From assembly GCA_004195615.1 (NCBI GenBank), contig PSPW01000001.1:82881-146880 (forward strand): DNA of 64,000 bases, read 5' to 3'. The notes below the pieces were generated by a model. The model did no database searches, had not been told where the DNA came from, and saw only the letters and a list, made by a program, of their open reading frames with translations. This document shows positions 9,596 to 18,555 of this stretch, in pieces (position 1 is the stretch's first letter; each line of letters opens with the position of its first letter). This DNA comes from Methanobacteriota archaeon. Its GTDB lineage: Archaea; Thermoplasmatota; Poseidoniia; Poseidoniales; Thalassarchaeaceae. Position numbers and translations under genes: made by a program.

Positions 9596-10348
9596 TCAGA
9601 ATACACCGGAGTTCTGCTGCATCCTAGCGTACCATACGGACACGCCGAGGTGGCTCTCTACAATGTCGAACCCATTGAGGTCCTGCATCGAACGGAGGAT
9701 CCCAAAGTTGGCGAAATCTGCGCCGTTCGGCTCTTTGCCGCCAAAGAAGTCACCCCGTATTCCCTCGGACATGAGGTCCAGTTGGTGCTTGAGGTTCTCG
9801 CGTGGAGGGAGTTCGAACATTTTCGCTCGGCTCTTCCCCACCATGCGCATGATGAATCCTCCTAACCACTTGTTAATCAGGCGACTTCCGAACGAAAATT
9901 TGTCGACTCTGGTGACGTAGTCGAGGGCTTGGACAGAGGTCCTGTACGAGGTGTATATCACTGCTACGATTGACTTCCCTAGGACGTTGTTTGAGAAATC
10001 CATCCACTTGTCCTGCTCCAGGTCCTCTCCCATTCGCGGGAATGCCCCGGTGCCTTTCGAGTCGATGTAGTGTAGGATGTGGTTCGAGTCGTTCACCTGA
10101 GTTCCGTCGACATCGACGAACACGGGCACCTTCCCCCAATCGGACCACTTCAGTTGCGTCTTGAAGGTGGGGTCGACCTCGACCTTAGAGAACTCAATCC
10201 CCCTAGATCCCAGTAGTGCCTTAATCTTGAAGCAGAACGGGCAGGTCTCGAAGCAATACATCGTCGGGAGGCCGCCAACAACCCTCTCCGGGACCAGTTC
10301 ATCCTGCACACCCGAGGGTGTCTCCTTCGCTTCGGGGTCGCTTGTCAT
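9596..10348 (-). CDS. Glutaredoxin-2-like / GST-fold thiol transferase (N-terminal CPFC active site)
   Basis: MYCFETCPFCFKIKALL resembles the GrxB N-terminus (YIYDHCPFCVKAR). The length fits a GST fold and the start is ATG. Confidence 0.6.
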   Translation of the reverse strand: MTSDPEAKETPSGVQDELVPERVVGGLPTMYCFETCPFCFKIKALLGSRGIEFSKVEVDPTFKTQLKWSDWGKVPVFVDVDGTQVNDSNHILHYIDSKGTGAFPRMGEDLEQDKWMDFSNNVLGKSIVAVIYTSYRTSVQALDYVTRVDKFSFGSRLINKWLGGFIMRMVGKSRAKMFELPPRENLKHQLDLMSEGIRGDFFGGKEPNGADFANFGILRSMQDLNGFDIVESHLGVSVWYARMQQNSGVF

Positions 10349-10580
10349 GAAGATTCGCGATTACAAGAGTTTGTGAAACCATCGAAACGGAACTATCAGA
10401 TTGCCTCAGGCCGATGCGTTGCCGGAGTTCTAACTGCTGCTGCCATCATAGGAAAGAGTAGATGCCAGTAGAATCGTTTTGGGCCCCTAAGGGACGCTCC
10501 GGTTTTTTCGACCGGAGCATCCTCTAAGGGTTATGTTCGGGTAATCTCGATCTCTCTTTCTAAAACTCGATATTCTAAGA

Positions 10581-10937
10581 CTAGAAGTCGTTTGCGCGAA
10601 CGGTCTTTCGGCCGTTTGCCTGGGCTCTGGACACTGCGTCGGACACAGCGGACTCTGCTAGAGCGTTCATTGCGCCCATTGCGTCGCCACCGGTGTTGCA
10701 GCCGCGTGCCTTGAAGGCCTCCTTGACCCTGCTAGCTACGACCATACCCGAATCCGAGGTTCCGCTTCCGATGTCGTGCGAGCGGATCGTCTTTCGACCA
10801 TTAGAGCCGCATCTAGCCACAGCTGATGCAACTGCAGCCTCTACTGCTGCGTTCAGAGCGCCTGTGGCGTCTCCAGCGGTGTTGCACCCGCCAGCCTTTA
10901 TTGCTTCCTTCATTTTGCTGTTGTATACCATTGACAT
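10581..10937 (-). CDS. Archaeal histone, tandem double histone-fold (doublet)
   Basis: Two consecutive repeats each align to an HMf-type histone: KEAIKAGGCNTAGDATGALNAAVEAAVASAVARCGSNGRKTIRSHDI and KEAFKARGCNTGGDAMGAMNALAESAVSDAVSRAQANGRKTVRANDF, against ...IKDAGAERVSDDA...EAIKLARHAGRKTIKAEDI. The table ORF extends to 10964; I chose the internal ATG at 10937. Confidence 0.7.
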   Translation of the reverse strand: MSMVYNSKMKEAIKAGGCNTAGDATGALNAAVEAAVASAVARCGSNGRKTIRSHDIGSGTSDSGMVVASRVKEAFKARGCNTGGDAMGAMNALAESAVSDAVSRAQANGRKTVRANDF

Positions 10938-11063
10938 AGCGAGCCGGGCGAGCCAAAGCCCCATTTTGAAGGTTGGGGATGGGTTTCTTTGGCGTTGATG
11001 GGCGATTTGAGGCGATTTGACCGAAAATTAAGGGTATCAATGACCCCTCCGAAGTTCAGTAAC

Positions 11064-11786
11064 ATGGGCAAACCTAAGTTCGCATATCTACTCCTCAGGG
11101 AGCACCCGTACGGGAGGGAGATGCTGAGGCAAATCCTCTCGGAGGGATTCATTCCCGATGTCATAATCGAGGAGGACTCGAGACTCGCGGATGAGGAGAG
11201 GGAGAAGTTCCTCAAGAGGATGGAGGGCAACCCAATAGCTCGCGCAATTGAGGAGCAAGTCGTGGAGCATGGTATAGAGGTCGTCTCCGTTCCAGAGCAC
11301 AAGTCTCCTGAGGTCATGCCCCACTTGGAAGGCAGAGATCTCGACTTAATCGTCTTCGGTGGGACTAGGATCATCAGGGGGGAGATACTCGACTTCCCAT
11401 CCGACGGGGTGATTAACTCCCATCCAGGGCTGCTTCCCGAATGCCGTGGTTCGGCTTCCCCGGCATGGTCGGTATACCATGACATCCCCATCGGATCCTC
11501 CACTCACTTCTGCGACAACGGGGTAGACACCGGTGACCTCCTGATGAGGAGAGAGGTTCCCGTGACGAGGGGGGTGACATACGAGGATCTCTGCTACCAG
11601 ACCCTGGTACTCGCCGGCGTACTCATGAAGGAGGCGTTGATGGCATACGAGGACGGGAAATGGGGCGAAATCAGGAGACCGCAGGGTCAAGGGGACCATC
11701 CCACCTTCCGAAATGCGCCAGAAGAAGTCCTGGAAGTCGTCCGGCAGAAACTTAGGGACCAGACTTATGCGCACTACTCTGACTAG
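11064..11786 (+). CDS. Formyltransferase-family protein (Fmt/ArnA/PurN-type N-terminal domain)
   Basis: INSHPGLLPECRGSASPAWSV matches the H(P/A/G)SLLP..RG...W catalytic motif. The table start (10989) is TTG and lies in the divergent promoter region. ATGs at 11040 and 11064 are both possible. Confidence 0.55.
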   Translation: MGKPKFAYLLLREHPYGREMLRQILSEGFIPDVIIEEDSRLADEEREKFLKRMEGNPIARAIEEQVVEHGIEVVSVPEHKSPEVMPHLEGRDLDLIVFGGTRIIRGEILDFPSDGVINSHPGLLPECRGSASPAWSVYHDIPIGSSTHFCDNGVDTGDLLMRREVPVTRGVTYEDLCYQTLVLAGVLMKEALMAYEDGKWGEIRRPQGQGDHPTFRNAPEEVLEVVRQKLRDQTYAHYSD

Positions 11787-11794
11787 GTGATTAG

Positions 11795-12595
11795 ATGGGA
11801 AGCGAACTTGCAGGTTCTGATTTTCCTTTCGCCGAGGGCATACTCGAGGGAAGGACGGCTCTGGTTTGCGGAGCCTCGAAGGGGATCGGGCGCTCTTGCG
11901 CACTGATGTTGGCTCGCGCTGGCGCTAGGGTCATAGCCTGCGCGAGGACTGCTGCGGATTTAGATTCGTTAATCGGGCAGATGCATGGAGAGGGCCACCG
12001 CGCCGTTGAGTTGGACCTGGAAGACATAGATGCAGTTGTGGAAGCGGTTTCTGATTTGGGCATCATACACATCCTTGTGAACAATTCTGGAGGCCCCCCG
12101 GGAGGACCGCTGCTAGAGAACGAGCTTGCAGACTTCGAGGGGCCGTTTCGAAGGCATCTCCATGCAGCTCATACGATCACCAAGGCGCTAGTTCCGTCAA
12201 TGGAGTCAGAGGGGACCGGTCGAATAGTGAACATCATTTCCACTTCAGTAAGGGAGCCAATAGACAACATCGGCCTCTCCAACACCCTGAGGGGTGCGAT
12301 GGCGTCATGGGCCAAGTCCCTCTCACGAGAACTCCACCCTTGCATCACAATCAACAACATCCTTCCTGGGTTCACCGATACCGATAGGTTAGGGTCCTTA
12401 GCAGAGTCGATTTCTCAACGCACTGGCAGGCCAGTGGATGACGTGCAAGAAGGGTGGATGAGCGGTGTGCCGATCCAGCGCCTAATCGACCCGATGGAAA
12501 CCGCTGCCGCAGTGACATGGCTCTGCCTGCCCAGCAGCAGTGGAGTTCGCGGAATCAGCCTAGCGGTTGATGGTGGACGAATGCGCTCGATTTGA
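11795..12595 (+). CDS. SDR-family oxidoreductase (3-oxoacyl-ACP reductase-like)
   Basis: TGASKGIGRSCA-type Rossmann motif (ALVCGASKGIGRSCALMLARAGARV) and an NNSGG motif. ATG start. Confidence 0.85.
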   Translation: MGSELAGSDFPFAEGILEGRTALVCGASKGIGRSCALMLARAGARVIACARTAADLDSLIGQMHGEGHRAVELDLEDIDAVVEAVSDLGIIHILVNNSGGPPGGPLLENELADFEGPFRRHLHAAHTITKALVPSMESEGTGRIVNIISTSVREPIDNIGLSNTLRGAMASWAKSLSRELHPCITINNILPGFTDTDRLGSLAESISQRTGRPVDDVQEGWMSGVPIQRLIDPMETAAAVTWLCLPSSSGVRGISLAVDGGRMRSI

Positions 12596-12603
12596 GGGGT
12601 CCG

Positions 12604-13845
12604 ATGGAGTTCGATATTTTCTTCTCGATTTCCCAGACTCCGGACACGTCCGGATTCAAACCATCAGAGAATGAGATGTTCTCGAGCTTCTTCGATCAGG
12701 TTGTTCTTGCCGACGATCTGGGATTCAGTGTGGGCTGGGTGGCCCAAGCTCACCTGTCAACGGAAGTCCAGAAGAGAAACAGCAACCCAGTGGTTCCTCA
12801 CTACCCCGGGGAGGTCGGGCTGTGCACAGACTTCTTCCAAGTGGCTCGTGAGATGTTCGCGAGGACAAAAAGGATGGACGTTGGAAGTGCTGTGATGTCC
12901 ATTCTGGCCTCAGGCGGTCCGATAGCTCAGGCAGAGAGGGTCGGCTCATTCTTGGCACTCCATGGCATCGACCCAACGGAGGGCAGGAAGCTCCACATCG
13001 GATTCTCCGCTGGTCGCTTCGAGTTCATGGCCAGACCGTACGGGATAGTCCCTCGTGATGACATCGAGGAGGCAGCATGGCCAGCCCTCAGGGGCCAGAT
13101 CTTCTCCGAGGCATCAGAGATCTTCCTCAGATTACTGAACGGCGAGGTCGTGTCAAGCGATACGGTGCCCCGTACAGTACTTTCCAGAGCCAACTTCAGG
13201 ACTGATCAAGACTGGGAGAGGGTTCAGAGCGCGGCAGTAAAAGAGCGTGGCCTGGACTCGCCTCCGGAATCGATTGAGATAGGCAACAGGTATGTCTTCG
13301 AGGAGATTAAGACCATCCCCCAAGACTGGCGGAGAGAGCTCCTGAATCTGGTAATAGGGAGTCACGACCCGAACCTCCAGGAGAGAGTCAACAGATTCAG
13401 GCCTGTGCAAGTTTTCAACCTCAGCATCACCCCCCCGCACATCATCGAGGAGACGCATGAGCGCATGAGCGCGAGCTACCACAAGGACGGTGGACCATGG
13501 AGTAGGAGGATGATGCCACGAACAGTGATGGTGTTCGTAAACGACGAGGAAGGTCTGACAAAGGAACAGCAGGACAACGCTGCGATGGAGGAGGCACGTT
13601 CTGCACTTTCGACTTATTGGAGCGCCTTGGAAGGCACTATCGATCCTAGCAAAATAGAGAGTGCCACCGACAACGCGGTGATTGGAAGCGTCGAAAGCGT
13701 GAGTGAACAACTCTCGCAGAGGTTTCATTCCGGCGACCGTATAATGTGCTGGTTCGACTTCTTCAACCACGACAGCGAGAGAGTGATGAGGAACATGGCG
13801 GTATTCATGACCAAGGTCGCACCCCGCGTGAATGGGGGTTCCTGA
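12604..13845 (+). CDS. LLM-class (luciferase-like) oxidoreductase paralog
   Basis: N-terminal EFDIFF, DQVVLADDLGFSVGWVAQAHLS (the LLM 'A..AE.LGFD.VWV.EHH' region) and GIDPTEGRKLHIGFSAG. The ATG at 12604 is preceded by a GAGGGG SD-like element. The table start at 12592 is TTG. Confidence 0.6.
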   Translation: MEFDIFFSISQTPDTSGFKPSENEMFSSFFDQVVLADDLGFSVGWVAQAHLSTEVQKRNSNPVVPHYPGEVGLCTDFFQVAREMFARTKRMDVGSAVMSILASGGPIAQAERVGSFLALHGIDPTEGRKLHIGFSAGRFEFMARPYGIVPRDDIEEAAWPALRGQIFSEASEIFLRLLNGEVVSSDTVPRTVLSRANFRTDQDWERVQSAAVKERGLDSPPESIEIGNRYVFEEIKTIPQDWRRELLNLVIGSHDPNLQERVNRFRPVQVFNLSITPPHIIEETHERMSASYHKDGGPWSRRMMPRTVMVFVNDEEGLTKEQQDNAAMEEARSALSTYWSALEGTIDPSKIESATDNAVIGSVESVSEQLSQRFHSGDRIMCWFDFFNHDSERVMRNMAVFMTKVAPRVNGGS

Positions 13846-15030
13846 ATGGTCGAAGAAAGAGGTTTGAGGCCATCCAGCGTTTCCCCAGGCAGACCTGGGT
13901 CCTCAGTATACCCAACCAACCCACTAGGTGAGAAATTCGAGGGTATTGCCACCGGTCGCGATGTAGAGTGGGAGCCTCTGGTGGATTTCCGTAGACTTGA
14001 CGTATCGGAGAACACCATTCACGGGGCGATCTCGTGGTCGCACGGAACTGAGATCGTACACTCATTCGGAGGGAACGTACTGGTCTACGGGCGGTCGATG
14101 ATGAAGCCCCTGATGATGAAGACCTTTGCCACTGAGCTAGAGGCGGATGGCATAAGCTGGGAGCAGAAGGCGATTTCTTGCTCATCCCACAACGGCGATA
14201 CGGAGCACGTGGCTGCCGCGCAGTCGCTGCTCACAGAGTCGGAGTGGGGCCTGATGCAGTGCCCACTAGATGTGCCCCTCATCCAATTCGGAAGGCAGGT
14301 AAGGCGGCCCAGGAGATGGTTCCACACCTGCTCGGGAGAGCATGCAGCCATGCTGAAGGCGCTCAGGAGGATGGGGATTAACAGGGCTGGATACACCCTT
14401 CCTAACTCGCCATGGTTCCCGATGTACCTAGATGTTCTAAGGGGCATAATGGGAAAGCCAGATTGGGAGCCCCAGAGAGTCGCCAAGGATGGATGCGGCC
14501 TGCCGACGGTTTCCAATACGGTGGACGAGCTAGCGGTGATGTTCGCCGGTCTCGTCAGGGAGAAGGACCAGGACTGGATATGGGAGGCGATGAACAAGCA
14601 CCCGGACCTGATAGGTGGTTTCAACAGACTGGATTCGACATGCATGAAGGCCGGGGAAGGTAGCCTAATCGCTAAGGAAGGGGCTGATGGCCTCCTCGGT
14701 CTGGCGATTGAGCACGAGGACTGGCCAAGGGGCCTCGGCATCGTAATCAAGATCGCTCACGGGTGGAACTCTCAGGCGACTTGGTACGTTGCCAGAGCGG
14801 TCCTCGGCGTCCTAGGAATCACGCTTAGGAACCCATACCCACTCCACCGCCAGAAGGCCTTCATCGTCCCGAGGGTCGTCCCCGAGACGTACCTCGAGGA
14901 ACTGGAGCGGGTCGTGACATGGGACGAGTGGGATCCGAACAGAGACGGGTTCTCGATCGACTGGAAGGACTACTCCGAGGGGATGACCAGGCAAGACCCT
15001 TTTTCCAACGAGGGTGCGTTAGATGGATGA
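13846..15030 (+). CDS. Asparaginase-II family protein (Rhizobium-type L-asparaginase fold, PF06089-like)
   Basis: Motifs SSHNGDTEHV, CSGEHAAMLKAL and IAKEGADGLLG resemble the SSHNG...H / CSGKHAGML / KGGAEG family signatures. TGAATG junction with the upstream gene. Confidence 0.6.
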   Translation: MVEERGLRPSSVSPGRPGSSVYPTNPLGEKFEGIATGRDVEWEPLVDFRRLDVSENTIHGAISWSHGTEIVHSFGGNVLVYGRSMMKPLMMKTFATELEADGISWEQKAISCSSHNGDTEHVAAAQSLLTESEWGLMQCPLDVPLIQFGRQVRRPRRWFHTCSGEHAAMLKALRRMGINRAGYTLPNSPWFPMYLDVLRGIMGKPDWEPQRVAKDGCGLPTVSNTVDELAVMFAGLVREKDQDWIWEAMNKHPDLIGGFNRLDSTCMKAGEGSLIAKEGADGLLGLAIEHEDWPRGLGIVIKIAHGWNSQATWYVARAVLGVLGITLRNPYPLHRQKAFIVPRVVPETYLEELERVVTWDEWDPNRDGFSIDWKDYSEGMTRQDPFSNEGALDG

Positions 15031-16477
15031 AGAAGTCGTCACAATCCTCAGCAACTACATCCGAGGACGTTTTGTCGAGCATGCCGGCTCAGAGTGGATT
15101 GACGTCGTGGAACCTGCCACGGGTGTAGTCTTCGCCAAACTGCCACTTTCCGACTCGCAGGATGTCGATGCAGCTGTTGAAGCGGCTCGCGAAGCCCAGC
15201 CTGGATGGGCTTCACTTGAGATTAAAGAGAGGGCTGATTGGTTGGACGTGATTGCGGACTCTCTAGAGGCATCTTTCGAAGAGATAGCGGAGTTGGAGAG
15301 CAGAGACACCGGGAAGCCTATCTCTCTCGCCAGAAACGTCGATGCTAACAGGTCTGTGGCAAACTTCCGCTTCTTCGCCGGGCTCATCAGAGAACAAGAG
15401 AGTGAGACCTTCGAGATGGATGACGCCACTAACTACGTGGTCAACAAGTCAGTCGGTGTCGGAGCACTGATCACCCCCTGGAACCTACCTCTATATCTCC
15501 TCTCGTGGAAGGTAGCTCCCGCCATCGGGATGGGTAACACCGTGGTCTGCAAGCCCAGCGAACTCACCCCCATGACCGCCGACCTCCTCATGAGGGTCAT
15601 CGATGGAGTTGGCCTTCCCCCCGGAGTGGTTAACCTAGTCCACGGTGACGGAGCGGGCGCAGGATCACCACTGGTCGCGCACCCCGAAGTCGACCTCATC
15701 TCATTCACTGGCGGCACGTCCACCGGCGAGAAAGTCGCGGCATCAGCCGCACCCATGTTCAAGAAGATCAGCCTCGAACTAGGAGGGAAGAACTCCAGCA
15801 TCGTGTTCGCCGACTGCGACATGGAGAAGACGGTTGCCGGAGTGGTCAGGTCAGGCTTCCTCAACCAGGGGCAGGTCTGCCTCTGCGGCTCGAGGGTCCT
15901 GGTCGAGAGCTCGGTTTACGACGAGTTCGAGGCGAAGTTCGTGGAATCGGTCGAGCAGATGCGAATCGGCGACCCTTCGGACGACTCGACTGACCTCGGG
16001 GCGCTGATCTCGAGGGATCACCTGCAGAAGGTGCAGGGGTACGTCAACCTCGCAATTGAGGAGGGCGGCAGGGTCCTCACCGGCGGTGCGCCCTGCCTGC
16101 CGTCAGAGTTCGAAGGCGGCAACTGGATGGCTCCGACTGTCATAGCAGACCTATCTCCCGAATCCAGATGCTCGACCGAGGAGATCTTCGGCCCGGTGGT
16201 CACCCTTCACAGATTCGAGAGCGAGGAGGAGGCGGTGGAGATAGCGAACGGCACCCGGTACGGCCTCGCAGGGAGCGTGTGGACTAGCGACATAGAGAGA
16301 GGGAAGAGAGTCTCTGAGGCTATGGAGACGGGCATGGTCTGGGTCAACACATGGCTCCACAGGGACCTACGCGTCCCGTTCGGCGGAGTCAAGGACAGCG
16401 GCGTCGGCCGAGAGGGCGGGAAATGGAGCCTGGGATTCTTCTCCGAGGCGATGAACATCTGCGTGAAGCACGACTAG
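15023..16477 (+). CDS. NAD(P)-dependent aldehyde dehydrogenase
   Basis: ELGGKNSSIVF (catalytic Glu region), GQVCLCGSRVLVE (catalytic Cys) and the ITPWNLPL motif. Overlaps the upstream CDS by 8 nt. Confidence 0.9.
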   Translation: MDEEVVTILSNYIRGRFVEHAGSEWIDVVEPATGVVFAKLPLSDSQDVDAAVEAAREAQPGWASLEIKERADWLDVIADSLEASFEEIAELESRDTGKPISLARNVDANRSVANFRFFAGLIREQESETFEMDDATNYVVNKSVGVGALITPWNLPLYLLSWKVAPAIGMGNTVVCKPSELTPMTADLLMRVIDGVGLPPGVVNLVHGDGAGAGSPLVAHPEVDLISFTGGTSTGEKVAASAAPMFKKISLELGGKNSSIVFADCDMEKTVAGVVRSGFLNQGQVCLCGSRVLVESSVYDEFEAKFVESVEQMRIGDPSDDSTDLGALISRDHLQKVQGYVNLAIEEGGRVLTGGAPCLPSEFEGGNWMAPTVIADLSPESRCSTEEIFGPVVTLHRFESEEEAVEIANGTRYGLAGSVWTSDIERGKRVSEAMETGMVWVNTWLHRDLRVPFGGVKDSGVGREGGKWSLGFFSEAMNICVKHD

Positions 16478-16518
16478 GGCAGCAAGAGTGAAAGTCCGCT
16501 ATTCCCGGAACGGGTGGT

Positions 16519-17499
16519 ATGCCACCTGTAGGTATAGTGGGTCTCGGGTCTTACGTGCCCCCACGAGTGATGACCAACGAGGACTGGGCCGGGCTGATCG
16601 AGACCAGCGATGAGTGGATCACGACGAAGACAGGGATCAAGGAGAGGAGGATAGCCGACCCCGAGACCTGCACAAGCGACCTAGCGGTGCTCGCCTGCCA
16701 GCAGGCCATCGAGGACGCGGGCCTCACCCCCGATGACATAGACATGCTAATCCTGGCGACCAGCAGCCCCGACGTCCCGCTCTCATCCACGGCCGGGATA
16801 ACGCAGCACAAACTCGGTTGCAGCAGGACAGCAGCATTCGACATCAACGCTGTCTGCGCAGGTTGGGTGCATGCGCTGGACGTCGGCTCTAGGTACGCTG
16901 GCACGCCTGACTACGAGAACGTCCTGGTAGTGGGGGCGGAGGTGTACAGCAGGATCCTAAACTGGGAGGACAGGGGGACATGCGTGCTGTTCGGTGACGG
17001 GGCGGGGGCAGCAGTCTTGTCTGAGGTCGAAGATGGCAGGGGCATCCTCGGCAGCTGGATGATGTCCGACGGCAGCGGCTCGGGAGTGATCGAGATACCA
17101 GCAGGCGGCGTGCGAACGCCGATCACGTCATCCGGGTTCGCCGAGGGCGACCAGTACTTCCAGATGGACGGCAGGGCCGTGTGGCGCTTCGCCATCGAGG
17201 CCTTCCCACAGGCAGTCAGGGGAGTCCTCGACAGGATCGGCAGGGACCTATCGGAGGTCGACCTGATCATCCCGCACCAGGCGAACCTGAGGATAGTCGA
17301 GGCCGGCATGGAGAACCTGGGACTACCGATGGAGAAGACTTTCACCAACCTGCAGAGGTACGGTAACACGGCAGGGGCCAGCGTGCCGATAGCTCTCCGC
17401 GAGGCGTTCGACGATGGGGTACTGAGTAGGGGCGACCTCGTAGTCACGGCGGCCTTCGGCGGTGGGTTGGCCTGGGGTGCAAACGCATTCATCTGGTGA
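16519..17499 (+). CDS. fabH: 3-oxoacyl-ACP synthase III (FabH/KAS III-like condensing enzyme)
   Basis: Cys-His-Asn triad contexts: AFDINAVCAGWVHAL, IPHQANLRIVEA and GNTAGASVPIAL. Length about 326 aa. Confidence 0.85.
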   Translation: MPPVGIVGLGSYVPPRVMTNEDWAGLIETSDEWITTKTGIKERRIADPETCTSDLAVLACQQAIEDAGLTPDDIDMLILATSSPDVPLSSTAGITQHKLGCSRTAAFDINAVCAGWVHALDVGSRYAGTPDYENVLVVGAEVYSRILNWEDRGTCVLFGDGAGAAVLSEVEDGRGILGSWMMSDGSGSGVIEIPAGGVRTPITSSGFAEGDQYFQMDGRAVWRFAIEAFPQAVRGVLDRIGRDLSEVDLIIPHQANLRIVEAGMENLGLPMEKTFTNLQRYGNTAGASVPIALREAFDDGVLSRGDLVVTAAFGGGLAWGANAFIW

Positions 17500-17541
17500 G
17501 CCCTCGAAAAGAACGAAATCAGAGGGCGTCTTTGCGGCGTC

Positions 17542-18495
17542 ATGCAGGACCCACAGGACCTCTCTGAAGGCGGGTTCGGGCAGATTACCTACCCATCCTC
17601 CAGCCCCTTCGAGATCCACCACATCCTCTGCAAGATGGACGAGGCAGTCGAGCACCCCGTGTTCGGCTCCCTTCTGGTCCCAGAGGAGCCTAGCGAGGGA
17701 CCGATGCCATGCGTTGTCGCCGTCCATGGCAGCCTCAACTGGCGCGGGCACCACCACGAGCACATCGTGCGCTGGCTGGATGCCGGGATCTGCGTGTTCA
17801 GAGTCCACTCCTTTGACTCCAGATTGGTGTACTCGGTAGTCGAGGACCAGATGCAGGTCACCCACGCGATGATTCTGGCCGACTGCTTCCAGGCGCTGAG
17901 GATGCTCTCCACCCATCCGGCGATAGACGAGGGCAGGATCGGGATAGCCGGATGGAGCCTCGGCGGGACCGTGGCGCTCTACTCCGCATGGGAGCCGATA
18001 GCCGAGTCGCTGGCCCCGGCGGGAGAGAGGTTCGCAGCGCACCTGCCGTTCTACCCCGCTGCCCACATGCGGACGGAGGACCCGCGATGGTCCGACAGGC
18101 CGATACTGGCACTCCATGGGAGCGCTGACGACTGGGTCCCGCTGAAGCTCCTCGAGGGACTCATCGAGGAAATCTCCCCGCATGGCGTCGACATCAGGGT
18201 GCACGTCTACGACGGGGCCCCTCACTCCTTCGACTCCATCGATCCCCTGGACTTCGACCCGCGGGCCATCAGGCTGGACGACCACAGGACGGTGACTATC
18301 GACTCGGAGGGGAACATGTGGGGGGAGATCGAGCCAGGAGTGATAATGCCCCTGAACGAACCAGCCGAGAGGCTGGCTGCCTTCCAGGCAGTGAGCAACC
18401 TCGGAGTGCACAAGGGAGTGGACTGGGAGGCGAGGAAGCACTCACTGGACCTCGCTGTGGAGTTCCTTGAAGAGACCCTGTGTCGAGGGGGCTAG
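17542..18495 (+). CDS. Alpha/beta hydrolase (dienelactone hydrolase / prolyl-oligopeptidase-like)
   Basis: Nucleophile elbow GIAGWSLGG and downstream D and H consistent with a catalytic triad (GSADDW...APHSF). Confidence 0.65.
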   Translation: MQDPQDLSEGGFGQITYPSSSPFEIHHILCKMDEAVEHPVFGSLLVPEEPSEGPMPCVVAVHGSLNWRGHHHEHIVRWLDAGICVFRVHSFDSRLVYSVVEDQMQVTHAMILADCFQALRMLSTHPAIDEGRIGIAGWSLGGTVALYSAWEPIAESLAPAGERFAAHLPFYPAAHMRTEDPRWSDRPILALHGSADDWVPLKLLEGLIEEISPHGVDIRVHVYDGAPHSFDSIDPLDFDPRAIRLDDHRTVTIDSEGNMWGEIEPGVIMPLNEPAERLAAFQAVSNLGVHKGVDWEARKHSLDLAVEFLEETLCRGG

Positions 18496-18555
18496 CGGCC
18501 CTTGAGGTCATTTCGTCAAGGTAGGCTTTTATCCGCCTCTCTAGGGCAACGGACG

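Noticed and set aside
10494-10516. Hairpin considered as an intrinsic transcription terminator for the histone gene
   Set aside because: There is no oligo-T tract following the stem on either strand; the T5 run lies inside the loop. Archaeal termination normally needs a T-tract. I kept it as a structure of unknown function in the findings, not as a terminator feature.
17323-18441. 372-aa minus-strand ORF antisense to the alpha/beta-hydrolase gene
   Set aside because: It is Arg/Pro/Gly-rich, as expected from reading a high-GC gene backwards, and it lies entirely within a well-supported plus-strand CDS. The same reasoning covers the other long antisense ORFs at 13153-13770, 14085-14750, 16911-17543, 23815-24630, 31614-32309 and 32073-32660.
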